64,000 bases of DNA. Source: Styela clava (taxonomy: Eukaryota). The translations under genes and the position numbers were made by a program. This document shows positions 25,870 through 36,578 of this stretch, in pieces. The notes beneath the pieces were generated by a model, which worked only from the letters and a program-made list of their open reading frames with translations, ran no database searches and was not told the origin of the DNA. The stretch is taken from NCBI RefSeq assembly GCF_964204865.1, contig NC_135255.1, positions 15,004,001 to 15,068,000 on the forward strand, in the 5' to 3' direction. Every line of letters begins with the position of its first letter. Position 1 is the first letter of the stretch.

Positions 25870-26285
25870 AAACAAGCGAACAATGCTCAAATATATGGAC
25901 CCAAAGGCCAGCAGTACCGCTAGTCTTCCCGACTTCGATTTGACCGACCATCACGAGATCGCGGAACCGCCACACGGTGCGCAGTTTTTATGACGTCATC
26001 ACTCGAACTTTCATGGTGAAAAACGAATCTCATGGAGCCCGCAGAAATATTTAACATAGATAAAAGTAATATTCTTCTAGCGACAGCATCAATCTTTAAC
26101 TACCGAAAATTTCAACGCAATTGTTCCAGTATAGTTATGGAGAAAGCAAGAATAATAAAGAATGACTAACAAGAACAACAATAACAACAACAAAATAACA
26201 AAACGATCCTTATGTCCATTTTGTGTCTAATCATAACAAAACGATTCATAGGTCTACTTCGTGTCATGAATAAATTGGACTGAGA
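25870..26285 (+). repeat. Interspersed repeat family with TGACGTCA core and (AAC)n tract (possibly a second Helentron-type family)
   Basis: Related copies at ~27320-27610 (inverted), ~48515-48760 (inverted) and ~55330-55540 (partial). Confidence 0.5.
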
Positions 26286-28493
26286 GGAATTAAAACCATA
26301 AAGTCTGCTTTGCTAAAATTCGTACGCGTTTTGGAAATTTGAGCTTGTTGTCTATAAAATGCTCGTGAGTGTTTTTAATCATACTATGGGTCACCTTAAT
26401 TAATGTTTCTTTTTGGACTTGGCAATAAAAAGTTGATAAAAAAAACATCGTCAGAGTGATCAATGGGAAGCGGTAGGTTTTACGGTTTCAGCGGAAAATC
26501 ACATTTTTCTAATCCATAGCTAACGCAAAAAATCCCAAACTTATTTATATACAAAGACAGACAATCAATCCCAGACAAAATTCATATATCATCGTATTCG
26601 TTCACACCGATAAGAAGGACTTTTCCAAATATTACATTTGTCGCATTACAAACTTTATTCAATTCATTTACCAAATACCGGTATATTCCGAAGGAAAATG
26701 TAAATATACATACTGCTCATATCGCATGCTCGCCAAAGAGCATTTTTGTGAAACTACATTTGCCCAAAAATCTGTTACCGCTGATTGCATTTTGCAAAAA
26801 TCATTTTCGCGAAAATGGTCCCGCAAAACACTTTTACACAAAAGACGCCAACTTATATATCATACCACACTCTGGTTAAAAAAATGTTACGTCACATTTT
26901 ATTTGAAAAATTATATGTATCACAATGTAATGCAATGAAATTATGTTGTTTTGTTAACTTAGACAAGAAAACAATTGTGACCTTACTGATAGCAACATGT
27001 CTGTCTGCTGCGGAAGACAATTTTTGCGACCACATTACGCAGTTGAACAATCATTGCATTAAGAAAAATAGAATTCGGGGAACGCCTGGCGCCGTCGATT
27101 ATGAGATTATTGATAAAAAGATAAAGAAGATCTTCCAAGGTAAGGTTGCTACGCTAACATCAAATTTAGTGTCAGTTTTCCTGTTGATATAGCTAGTCCT
27201 TAATTTAAAAGCAATGTTTGAATAGCTTGAAAATGTGGATTATATATTCAGTGACGTTTTCGTCTTACCAATTCACTATTCATTTATTCTCGACAACATT
27301 AAACACATTTATTTGACACAAAATGAACCGATAAATCGTTTTGTTATTTTGTTGTTGATCTTGTTTTTAGTCATCCTTTTATTCTTGATGTTATGAAAAA
27401 AATCGCCTTTCTCTTTAATTAATATGAACCAATTGCTTTTCAGCGGTTAAAGTTGGTTGTTGTTGTCTTTTATTTGTTGCTAAATTTTCTATAAAATCTT
27501 GTATTTCATCTGAAATTCCTCCATTTTATTATTATTTGTGGAAACACGTTTCATGACGACGTGGCGGCTCTCTTTTGTTTTGATTTTGCGGGCTCGTGCT
27601 AAGAATTTCGAAAGTTATTTGATAACGGTAACGCACTGTATAGACTAGGTAAGGTAGGCTTCAATTTGACTTTCCTGTCCATATATTCAATCACCGCTCT
27701 CTTGTTATTCTATGATTCAAATCGATGTAGAAGATAAGTAGTTTGTTACGCTAGATCCTCTAAATACTCAGATGAGTAAGCTACTTTAAAACGAAACACG
27801 CACAAATCTACATCATTATTAATATTTATTAATTTGAACCGTTCAAATAATTAACTTACATTTTAACATGTATATGAATTGTGTTTCAAAGATACTGAGA
27901 ATCGGCTCAATAAGAAAATAGCAAATTGTAAGGCTGCCGTGAACAGTTTGAGAGAAGGTAAGTAATGTATATATTTTATAAATAAATACTGTGCCATGAA
28001 ATGTTTTTAAACATATTTATGTGAGGTATCACACTTATGTCTGAAATTTTCCAAAACTACGTGTCGTCCGTCCAGCAACTGATTGCAGTAAAGTATCAAT
28101 GAAAGATATAAAAAAGACCGGCGACACAGGAGGTATAGTTGATATATATCCAGGAGGAAAACAGACAGAAGTTTGTGATTGGGAAACTGATGGAGGAGGA
28201 TGGCTTGTAAGATAATGAATTAACATTTTCGCCCAATCAAAATCTCATCATATTAGTAAATGTCATATACAATCACCTATCGGTTCGATATGGATAAAGG
28301 CAGTGGTTTGAAATAAGCAAACATCAATTATCACCAACATTATCTAAACTGAATCATCTCTGTCATAAAACAAGCTCTCACTCGCTACTATAAAATTACC
28401 GCTATTGATTTGGTTATGTTAGCTATTGAAAATAATTTACATTTTGGAGTTTTTAGTTCGGATGTCGCCTTTTTGACCAAATATAAAATCTAA

Positions 28494-28706
<213 letters not shown>

Positions 28707-29128
28707 TGAATAATTTATTTGGCAATGACTCATTCACAGAATTTACTGAGTTTTTTCATAATCAGTGAAAATATTTGCATTTTCTGATGTCACCGGACCG
28801 ACCAAACAAGAAAAATTTATTGATATAAATTCTAGCATTTTCAAACAATTAGTGATTTGCTTTAACTCAACTCTTTCTGTCCTGCAATATTTAGTTCAAG
28901 TAAAATACAACATTACAATGTTCTCAGATACGACGTTTTGAGCACCGTATATACAAAAAGTCTACCAAAGACTGTCTTTTCTTGATTCAGGCCTTGACTT
29001 GCTACATCAAATAACTTCGTCCAGGTCCTATGAACTCAGAGTGGATCTCGAAGATTGGACTGGCGTCAAGAAATACGCAAAATACTCGTGAGTTTTCATT
29101 TCTTTGGTACATTTATACATTAATTGCA

Positions 29129-29716
29129 TGTAAGTGACGCCCTTTAACCTAATGATATTTGAAGGCGACAAATACGTCCCGACCGAGATGGCCGGCCTGT
29201 AGACTATATAGCTGGCTGTATTCCTAAATTCCTTCGTCCAATATGATTGCCACTAACTTGCAATGTGTTAAATTTATTTGAAACCAATTAATCCAGTTCT
29301 TTTATTGAGTGACGAAAGATAATACGGTGTACTGTAAATTATATTCTAATTCCGTGTGCCGTATACCGTATATTTAAAGAATTTTTTGGGCTACCAACTA
29401 CAAGTCTACATCTGTAGGACAAACATGCTTGATTAACAATAAACTAAATAAATGTGCAGCTTACTAACTAATCAATAACCTAAATGGACCTATACCGACG
29501 GTAAAGCAGAGTCGGAAACCTAAACATTTTAAGCTAAAACCTAACCTAAAACGGCGCTGCCAAATGCAAAGCGCAACCTGAAACAACGGGCTGACCTTGA
29601 GTCTGAGTCGGTCAAACGCGGGCTCTTGTCACGTGACATCTATGTGACGTCATAATAGGTGTTAAATGACCCATAACAATATTATGATTTAAAAAAGGGA
29701 AAGATTGATCGTTACA
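29129..29716 (-). repeat. 3' LTR of the BEL/Pao element
   Basis: Direct repeat of 35991-36578, adjacent to the polypurine tract. Confidence 0.95.
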
Positions 29717-29726
29717 TACCGCCCCC
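29717..29726 (-). other. Polypurine tract (GGGGGCGGTA)
   Basis: G-rich tract immediately 5' of the 3' LTR on the element's sense strand. Confidence 0.8.
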
Positions 29727-29979
29727 AATAACTTGACCGGGACTGTGGAAAGTTATTTCAAAACAAAACGATCAATAAATCACATAAAACATAACTAGTA
29801 ATCGAACGAAACTCATGAAACATCACTCCACAAATTGGTGGAATTATACAAAATGAATATATACATATAAACATATATCTTAGCGACCAAAAGCCAAATT
29901 GTCTTAATAGCCTCAATAAAGCTTATATAGAGCAAAGCCCATTAAATATATTGTAACATTTAGTCATTACAATCATGCT

Positions 29980-32900
29980 TCACAATTCTTCTAGGAAGCA
30001 TAATTTTCTGATATCACGAATGAAAGATGAAGAGGCAGTGTCTACACGCACTCTTCTAACATGACCATTACTATCAGGAAAGGTCTCCCTGATGATTCCT
30101 TTGGGCCATAAGCCTCGCTTGGTGTTCTCATCTACCACGAGAACTAAATCGCCTTCTTTGAAGTTTCTTTCAGGATGGAGCCACTTTTGTTTGGCCTGAA
30201 GTTGAAGATATTGCTTGATCCATTGTGACCAAAATTGATCCGCTAAGCAATGGACTAGTTTCCAGGATTTACGATATCCATCAGCTCGATTGAACTCTCC
30301 AGGAGAAAGCGACGAGTCAAGTTGACCCGTCAACAGCATCTTTGGAGTTAGAGGGGGAGAATCCGCAGCATCGTCACTGGATGAGGTGATAGGACGATTA
30401 TTGATGATTCGTTCCACAATGCACAGAAACGTTTGTAGGCCTTCATCATCAAGCACTCTTTCTCCAACCAGTGCATACAAAACTTTACGCACTGTACGAA
30501 TAATTCTTTCCCAACATCCTCCTTGGTGGGAAGCAAGTGGAGGTGAGTGGATGAACTTGACACCACGATTAAGCATATAGTCGTGTAATTTATCATTGTT
30601 CCAGCTCTTTATTGCAGCCTTGAGTTCTCGTTCGGCCCCAACAAATGTAGAGGCATTGTCACAGTAGATCTCCTTTGGCATGATATGACGACTTGAAAAT
30701 CGTTCCAAGGCATTCAAAAACGAATTGGTCTCCAAAGAATGTGAAACTTCGAGATGAACAGCACGAGAAGACATGCATGTGAAAACACAAACATATCGCT
30801 TTATTGTGCTTCTTCCTTGCTTGATTATGACTGGCCCCATATAATCTATTCCAGTCCATGTATAGGCTGGATGACCTGGGGTTACCCTGCTGGCAGGAAG
30901 AGGTGCCATAACTTGTTTGCCAACCTTTGCTCTTTGCATGCGGCATTTAAGACATTTCCTTAGGTAAGAGCGAACAGTAGATTGACCATGTATTATCCAG
31001 TATCGTTCTCGAATGACTGCAAGAACATGTAATGTGCCACTATGTCCCTCTTGCTCATAGTACTTTTTGATGAGTAATCTTGTCACATGGTGATCTTGAG
31101 GTAGAATTATTTGATGTTTGCTATGAAGTGGTAGCAAAGAATGTTGAAGACGTCCTCCAATTCTCATCAAATCATCTTCGATAAATGGACATAAATTCTG
31201 AAGTGACTGACACTGACCTTTACGAAGTTGACTCTTTGGAACCTTATGTTCTATATTATTCATTTCAAGATACTTCATTTGTTTAGAAAACACATCACGC
31301 TGGGTGATTCTGAGAATTTCATGAGTGGCATAATCCAGCTCATCAACACTTAATTTGCCTATATCTTGAAATTTAACTTTGTGCAAATACTTTGCTTTGC
31401 AGAATTTTGTGAAACGTATTATCCAAGCAATTGCCCTTTGAAGTCGCCCATAATCTGAGTAGCGCTCCATAAGCATAGACAATACAGACTTGACATTATC
31501 CTTTTCCATATTAACATTCGTATTTATTATAGTCTTGACTTCAGGATCATTTTCAGGAATTTGAGGTAAAACTTCAGGACGCTTAGGCCAGTGTTCCTGA
31601 GAATGCCAAAGAAATTCAGGCGCATTAAACCAAGAAATGGCTTTGTCGATACATCTGGGACTTAATCCTCGTGATGCTACATCTGCAGGGTTATTTTTAG
31701 TGTCTACATGTCTCCATTGATTAATCGATGAACTATTGTGAATTTGAGCCACTCGGTTAGCTACAAAAACATGATACCTTGCTGATGTATTTGATAGATA
31801 CTGGAGCACCGAAGTTGAATCTGTCCAGTAATGAACATTGTTGACTTTGTATTCCAACTCCTTTAGGACAAATCGACTGAGCTTCACTGCGAGTACAGCT
31901 GAACATAGCTCCAATCTTGGGATGGTAATCTGCTTTCTGGGTGTCACTCGAGATTTTCCCAAAACAAATGAGCAATGAATAACACCATTCTGTGACATCA
32001 TACGCAAATAATTTACTGCACCATATCCAACTTGGCTGGCATCACAAAACGTATGAAGCTCAATGTGGTCTGTCTTAAATCCTGGCGGTTTGAAACATCT
32101 GGGAATGGACACATCCTGCAGTCTCGGAAGCTCGTTAACCCATTTTTGCCATATTTCTTCATATCGGGTTGGGATCGGAGAGTCCCATCCAATATCTTGA
32201 GCACATAGAGTTTGCATGAGGCTTTTCATTGGTAAGATGAATGGTTGCATCATACCCAATGGATCATATATTTGTGATATCATAGAGAGACAACCACGTC
32301 TCGTGAGAGGCTTTGGCTTTATATCCACTTTCACAGTGAACTGGTCACTGACATTATTCCACATAATACCAAGTGTCTTAGAGCAATATGATTTATCAAG
32401 AGTTGAATCCAAAAAACTATCTTTAGCTTTGTCTATATCTGAAATAGAAGAAAGAACAGACCGGCAGTTACTGCGATACTTGGTAAGATGAAAACCTACA
32501 TTAGATAACAAGCAATCTAACTGATTAATGACATCAATAGCACAATGAGAAGAATCACAAGATTTCAAACAGTCATCAACATAAAAATTATTATTAACTG
32601 TATTTAAAACTTCAATATTAGCATTTGTTTCATTATCTATAGCAGCTCTTTTTAAAGCATATCCAGCTGCACTGGGTGAACTGGTTAGGCCAAAAAGACT
32701 TCTTGTCATAAAATAAGATTCAGGTTCTTTTGAAATGTCATCATTTGGATACCATAGGAACCTCAGAGAATCCCAATCATCAGGATGAACTTTAACTTGA
32801 TGAAACATTCCCTTTATGTCACACACAAAGGCTATGTCTTCCTGCCTGAATCTGGTCAGAACTCCAACAAGATTTGAGCAGTGGTCTGGTCCTTGTAATA

Positions 32901-35847
32901 CATGATTGTTGAGAGAGATATTGTCCACCTTGAATGAACAATCAAACACAAGCCTAAACTTTTCACCAGTTGAGTGATGAGGTAAATACCAAATCTTCCT
33001 TTCATCAGATGGGACATGGTCTTCAGGTATTTTCTTAGCATAATCATTGTCAATATATTCATGAATTTTTTCTTTGTATTTATCAAAATACTCTGGATCA
33101 CGTTGAAATTTTCTCTTCAAATAATCAAGTCGTTTCTTTGCAAATTTATAACTCTGTGGGAATTGTGGTTCTTCACATTTCCATGGTAACCTCATTTGAT
33201 AGTGACCATCGACCTTACATATTGAATCTTTCATGATTGACAAAGCTCTCGTATCTTCGATCGATGGCGCAAATTCTTCAGTGAAGTCAGATTCACTGAA
33301 GTCACAATTAAACATTCGTTGCAACTGCTCACAAAGAACATCTCTTTCAACATTAGCAAAATTGATAGACATACCATTGGTCCCCTTTGAAACATCTTTG
33401 CCTATGAGTGTCCATCCAAGTGGGGTATGAACAGCTGCAGGTTGGCCTTTATTCCCTAGTCTTTTATCTTGAATTATTAGAGCTTCATAATTATCAGCAC
33501 CAATCAATAATTCTGGTTCATGATTCCCTATTTCAGGAAAATCGAAACCGTTAAGATGCCGGTAACTTTGTATATCTGCCTTTGTAGGAAGTCCATCTGA
33601 AAGTATTGGAAGTGACTCAACAGCTAGAACATCTTCCAACATAAACTCGTCAGATTCCTGTAGACCCTTAACATTTAGGTGCAATCTGTAGCCGTTTTGC
33701 TTATGTAGGCCATTGACTGTGGAAATAGTGAAAGAATCTTGCTTTCCTTTCACCTTGAGTTTCTTCATAAGACTTAGCTTACAAAGAGTTGCATTTGAGC
33801 CATAATCAAGAAGTGCAGTGGTTTTCACAGAGTGTGAACCATCTGACGAAGTTACACTAACTGGTACAATCATGAGATATACCCTTTTCCTTGAATTGAG
33901 AATTGATGCATCAGTGCTTCCATTGACAACATGAGTTGAAGTGTCACTTGCTGCATTTCTATCAGAAGGCTTGTCCTGTCTGATACGTTCTTGGTTGTGT
34001 AGAAGCGAATGGTGCAATTTTCCGCAGTTCTCAATTTTGCATCGGTTGTCACTGGGACAGTTGCGTGCTACATGCTTGGTACGAAAACAATTGAAACATA
34101 AAGCTTTTGACTGAATAAACTTTGAACGGTCTGGAACAGACTTCTTGATAAAGGATTCACATTTCCACAACCTGTGGGGTCCATCACAAAGTAAACAATC
34201 CGAAAACACATTGGACGACTTAACTTGTGATGTTTGGGTGACATAAGCGGACACCTTGGTAGAATTATAGCTCTTTTTTGGCATAGCATTTCTATTCTTC
34301 AAATTTTGCTCTGCAGTGAGACGGCTCAGCCTAGTATCTGCCAATATTGCAGATTGATTAACAAATTTATACAAATCATGATATGTTGGTTCTTTGTCAC
34401 TATTGTAAGTAGATGTATGATGTCTTGTGAACTCTCTTTGCATTGGTACTGGAAGTCGTAAATAGATTTTGTCAAACAGATCTTGACTGTCAAGCTTAGA
34501 ACTATGTTCCCAATTTGTCAAAATGATACCACAATTACGCATTTGTGTGGCAAGATCATATAATGCTTCAGAATCTTGTGGCTTTATGCTAGGGCCATTT
34601 TTGAGTGAATCCATAAATGCGTTTACAACTTTGTAATCTCGTCCGAATTGTTGCTTAAGAATTGAGCGAGCATCAAGATAACCTTGCAAAGGTGGTTTTA
34701 CAATGATACACGATTCGATTGCTTTCCTGGCTTTTCCAGTACATTGATCAATCAAATAGTTAAGTTTAGTACGAGGATCTGCAATTTTACTATCATACAT
34801 ATCATCAAAATTTTGAATAAACCTGTGATAACTCAATGCATCTCCACCAAATTTCTCTATTTCTTGAGGTCCTTGTCTAATTGAAGATGCCATGCAATAC
34901 AGAGCATCAGCAAGACTCATTGAATTTTGGTTATCACCAACCGAAACTGGTGTAGGCCCATGGCTATAGCTAGTTGGATTACCTTGCATAAAAACTTGTC
35001 TATCAGGAACATGTTTAGACTCCTGTCTTCTTGGTTGAGGTTGCAGAATGCTATTGTATGTAAAAGATGAATTATATTGCATCTCTTGTGGTGCTTGATA
35101 GACTGGGTGATATCTGTCCGCAGCAGTATGGTTAATGTTACATTGCTCGTTATGTCTTTCCGGTGAGTGGTATTCAGCACCTGAGTAGCGTTGTTGTTCC
35201 GACTGGGGAACCTGACCAATATAAGGATGATTTGCTTGTTGTATGCTAGGGAGATAATCTTTGTTCATGTATGTTTGTGACGCGATAGGTGGGCTAGGAT
35301 GTCTTTGAAATGAAGGAGTTTGCTTGGTCTGGTGCTCATGAGAAACTGACGCTGGTTCAACTTCATCAAGACATGCATTAACTTGTTCGCCATATGCATT
35401 ATTTGGCATTGCGGGAGGCACATTTGAAACTTGAGTTACATCTTGTCGTAACGAAGAAATAGAACCTACACATGAAGGTGCCCGACTGGCGGACGCTAGA
35501 GATTCTAATTCCTCATCTATCATGGATGCCTTAGCGCGTGACAAGTTAATATCAATTTCAAGCTTTGCCTGCTTCATTTCAACCTTTTTCTGCTCCATTT
35601 CCACCTTTTTCTGCTCCATTTCCACCTTTTTCTGATCCATTTCCACTTTTCTTTGATCCATTTCTACTTTGCGTCTTTGGAGCTGGGCTTCATTCTCCAT
35701 CTCCTCCAACTTTAACTTTGTTAAACGAGCACGCTCCGAGCGCAGGCTGACACTAGACATCTTGCTACAATGCGAGCCATTAGATGCTGTACTTTTAGCA
35801 TCATCAAAAACTTGCCAATCAGCACTTGAACTGTTTGAAGCCATCAT
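29980..35847 (-). CDS. BEL/Pao Gag-Pol polyprotein, 1955 aa
   Basis: Gag with three Cys/His knuckles (CLLCDGPHRLWKC, CFNCFRTKHVARNC, CKIENCGKLHHSLLH), protease LLDYGS, RT FYVDD, Pao RNase H (FCDAS, IPRLEL, WTDS, NPAD), integrase (GIDYMGP, CDN, GGCWER) in PR-RT-RH-IN order. Confidence 0.97.
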   Translation of the reverse strand: MMASNSSSADWQVFDDAKSTASNGSHCSKMSSVSLRSERARLTKLKLEEMENEAQLQRRKVEMDQRKVEMDQKKVEMEQKKVEMEQKKVEMKQAKLEIDINLSRAKASMIDEELESLASASRAPSCVGSISSLRQDVTQVSNVPPAMPNNAYGEQVNACLDEVEPASVSHEHQTKQTPSFQRHPSPPIASQTYMNKDYLPSIQQANHPYIGQVPQSEQQRYSGAEYHSPERHNEQCNINHTAADRYHPVYQAPQEMQYNSSFTYNSILQPQPRRQESKHVPDRQVFMQGNPTSYSHGPTPVSVGDNQNSMSLADALYCMASSIRQGPQEIEKFGGDALSYHRFIQNFDDMYDSKIADPRTKLNYLIDQCTGKARKAIESCIIVKPPLQGYLDARSILKQQFGRDYKVVNAFMDSLKNGPSIKPQDSEALYDLATQMRNCGIILTNWEHSSKLDSQDLFDKIYLRLPVPMQREFTRHHTSTYNSDKEPTYHDLYKFVNQSAILADTRLSRLTAEQNLKNRNAMPKKSYNSTKVSAYVTQTSQVKSSNVFSDCLLCDGPHRLWKCESFIKKSVPDRSKFIQSKALCFNCFRTKHVARNCPSDNRCKIENCGKLHHSLLHNQERIRQDKPSDRNAASDTSTHVVNGSTDASILNSRKRVYLMIVPVSVTSSDGSHSVKTTALLDYGSNATLCKLSLMKKLKVKGKQDSFTISTVNGLHKQNGYRLHLNVKGLQESDEFMLEDVLAVESLPILSDGLPTKADIQSYRHLNGFDFPEIGNHEPELLIGADNYEALIIQDKRLGNKGQPAAVHTPLGWTLIGKDVSKGTNGMSINFANVERDVLCEQLQRMFNCDFSESDFTEEFAPSIEDTRALSIMKDSICKVDGHYQMRLPWKCEEPQFPQSYKFAKKRLDYLKRKFQRDPEYFDKYKEKIHEYIDNDYAKKIPEDHVPSDERKIWYLPHHSTGEKFRLVFDCSFKVDNISLNNHVLQGPDHCSNLVGVLTRFRQEDIAFVCDIKGMFHQVKVHPDDWDSLRFLWYPNDDISKEPESYFMTRSLFGLTSSPSAAGYALKRAAIDNETNANIEVLNTVNNNFYVDDCLKSCDSSHCAIDVINQLDCLLSNVGFHLTKYRSNCRSVLSSISDIDKAKDSFLDSTLDKSYCSKTLGIMWNNVSDQFTVKVDIKPKPLTRRGCLSMISQIYDPLGMMQPFILPMKSLMQTLCAQDIGWDSPIPTRYEEIWQKWVNELPRLQDVSIPRCFKPPGFKTDHIELHTFCDASQVGYGAVNYLRMMSQNGVIHCSFVLGKSRVTPRKQITIPRLELCSAVLAVKLSRFVLKELEYKVNNVHYWTDSTSVLQYLSNTSARYHVFVANRVAQIHNSSSINQWRHVDTKNNPADVASRGLSPRCIDKAISWFNAPEFLWHSQEHWPKRPEVLPQIPENDPEVKTIINTNVNMEKDNVKSVLSMLMERYSDYGRLQRAIAWIIRFTKFCKAKYLHKVKFQDIGKLSVDELDYATHEILRITQRDVFSKQMKYLEMNNIEHKVPKSQLRKGQCQSLQNLCPFIEDDLMRIGGRLQHSLLPLHSKHQIILPQDHHVTRLLIKKYYEQEGHSGTLHVLAVIRERYWIIHGQSTVRSYLRKCLKCRMQRAKVGKQVMAPLPASRVTPGHPAYTWTGIDYMGPVIIKQGRSTIKRYVCVFTCMSSRAVHLEVSHSLETNSFLNALERFSSRHIMPKEIYCDNASTFVGAERELKAAIKSWNNDKLHDYMLNRGVKFIHSPPLASHQGGCWERIIRTVRKVLYALVGERVLDDEGLQTFLCIVERIINNRPITSSSDDAADSPPLTPKMLLTGQLDSSLSPGEFNRADGYRKSWKLVHCLADQFWSQWIKQYLQLQAKQKWLHPERNFKEGDLVLVVDENTKRGLWPKGIIRETFPDSNGHVRRVRVDTASSSFIRDIRKLCFLEEL

Positions 35848-35990
35848 AAATGATATGATTAGAGAAATGAATTTACAATAATCAGTCAGTGAAATTTATT
35901 TGTACAAGTCAATCTTGAATTGTGGCCTGGGCAATCCTAAATGCGTTGAGTGGCTTGTCCACTCAATGCCACGAAAAATTCTTTAAACGA

Positions 35991-36578
35991 TGTAAGTGAC
36001 GCCCTTTAACCTAATGATATTTGAAGGCGACAAATACGTCCCGACCGAGATGGCCGGCCTGTAGACTATATAGCTGGCTGTATTCCTAAATTCCTTCGTC
36101 CAATATGATTGCCACTAACTTGCAATGTGTTAAATTTATTTGAAACCAATTAATCCAGTTCTTTTATTGAGTGACGAAAGATAATACGGTGTACTGTAAA
36201 TTATATTCTAATTCCGTGTGCCGTATACCGTATATTTAAAGAATTTTTTGGGCTACCAACTACAAGTCTACATCTGTAGGACAAACATGCTTGATTAACA
36301 ATAAACTAAATAAATGTGCAGCTTACTAACTAATCAATAACCTAAATGGACCTATACCGACGGTAAAGCAGAGTCGGAAACCTAAACATTTTAAGCTAAA
36401 ACCTAACCTAAAACGGCGCTGCCAAATGCAAAGCGCAACCTGAAACAACGGGCTGACCTTGAGTCTGAGTCGGTCAAACGCGGGCTCTTGTCACGTGACA
36501 TCTATGTGACGTCATAATAGGTGTTAAATGACCCATAACAATATTATGATTTAAAAAAGGGAAAGATTGATCGTTACA
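35991..36578 (-). repeat. 5' LTR of the BEL/Pao element
   Basis: Direct repeat of 29129-29716. Contains TGACGTCA and TCACGTGA palindromes and sense-strand AATAAA. Confidence 0.95.

Larger units (their letters stand above)
29129..36578 (-). mobile_element. Full-length BEL/Pao LTR retrotransposon (7450 bp)
   Basis: LTRs 29129-29716 and 35991-36578 (588 bp, TG...CA, no differences seen by eye). 5-bp TSD TTGCA (29124-29128, 36579-36583). Single gag-pol ORF and polypurine tract. Confidence 0.97.

Noticed and set aside
29727-29979. Possible env-like gene in the BEL element
   Set aside because: Only ~250 AT-rich nt separate the pol stop from the polypurine tract.
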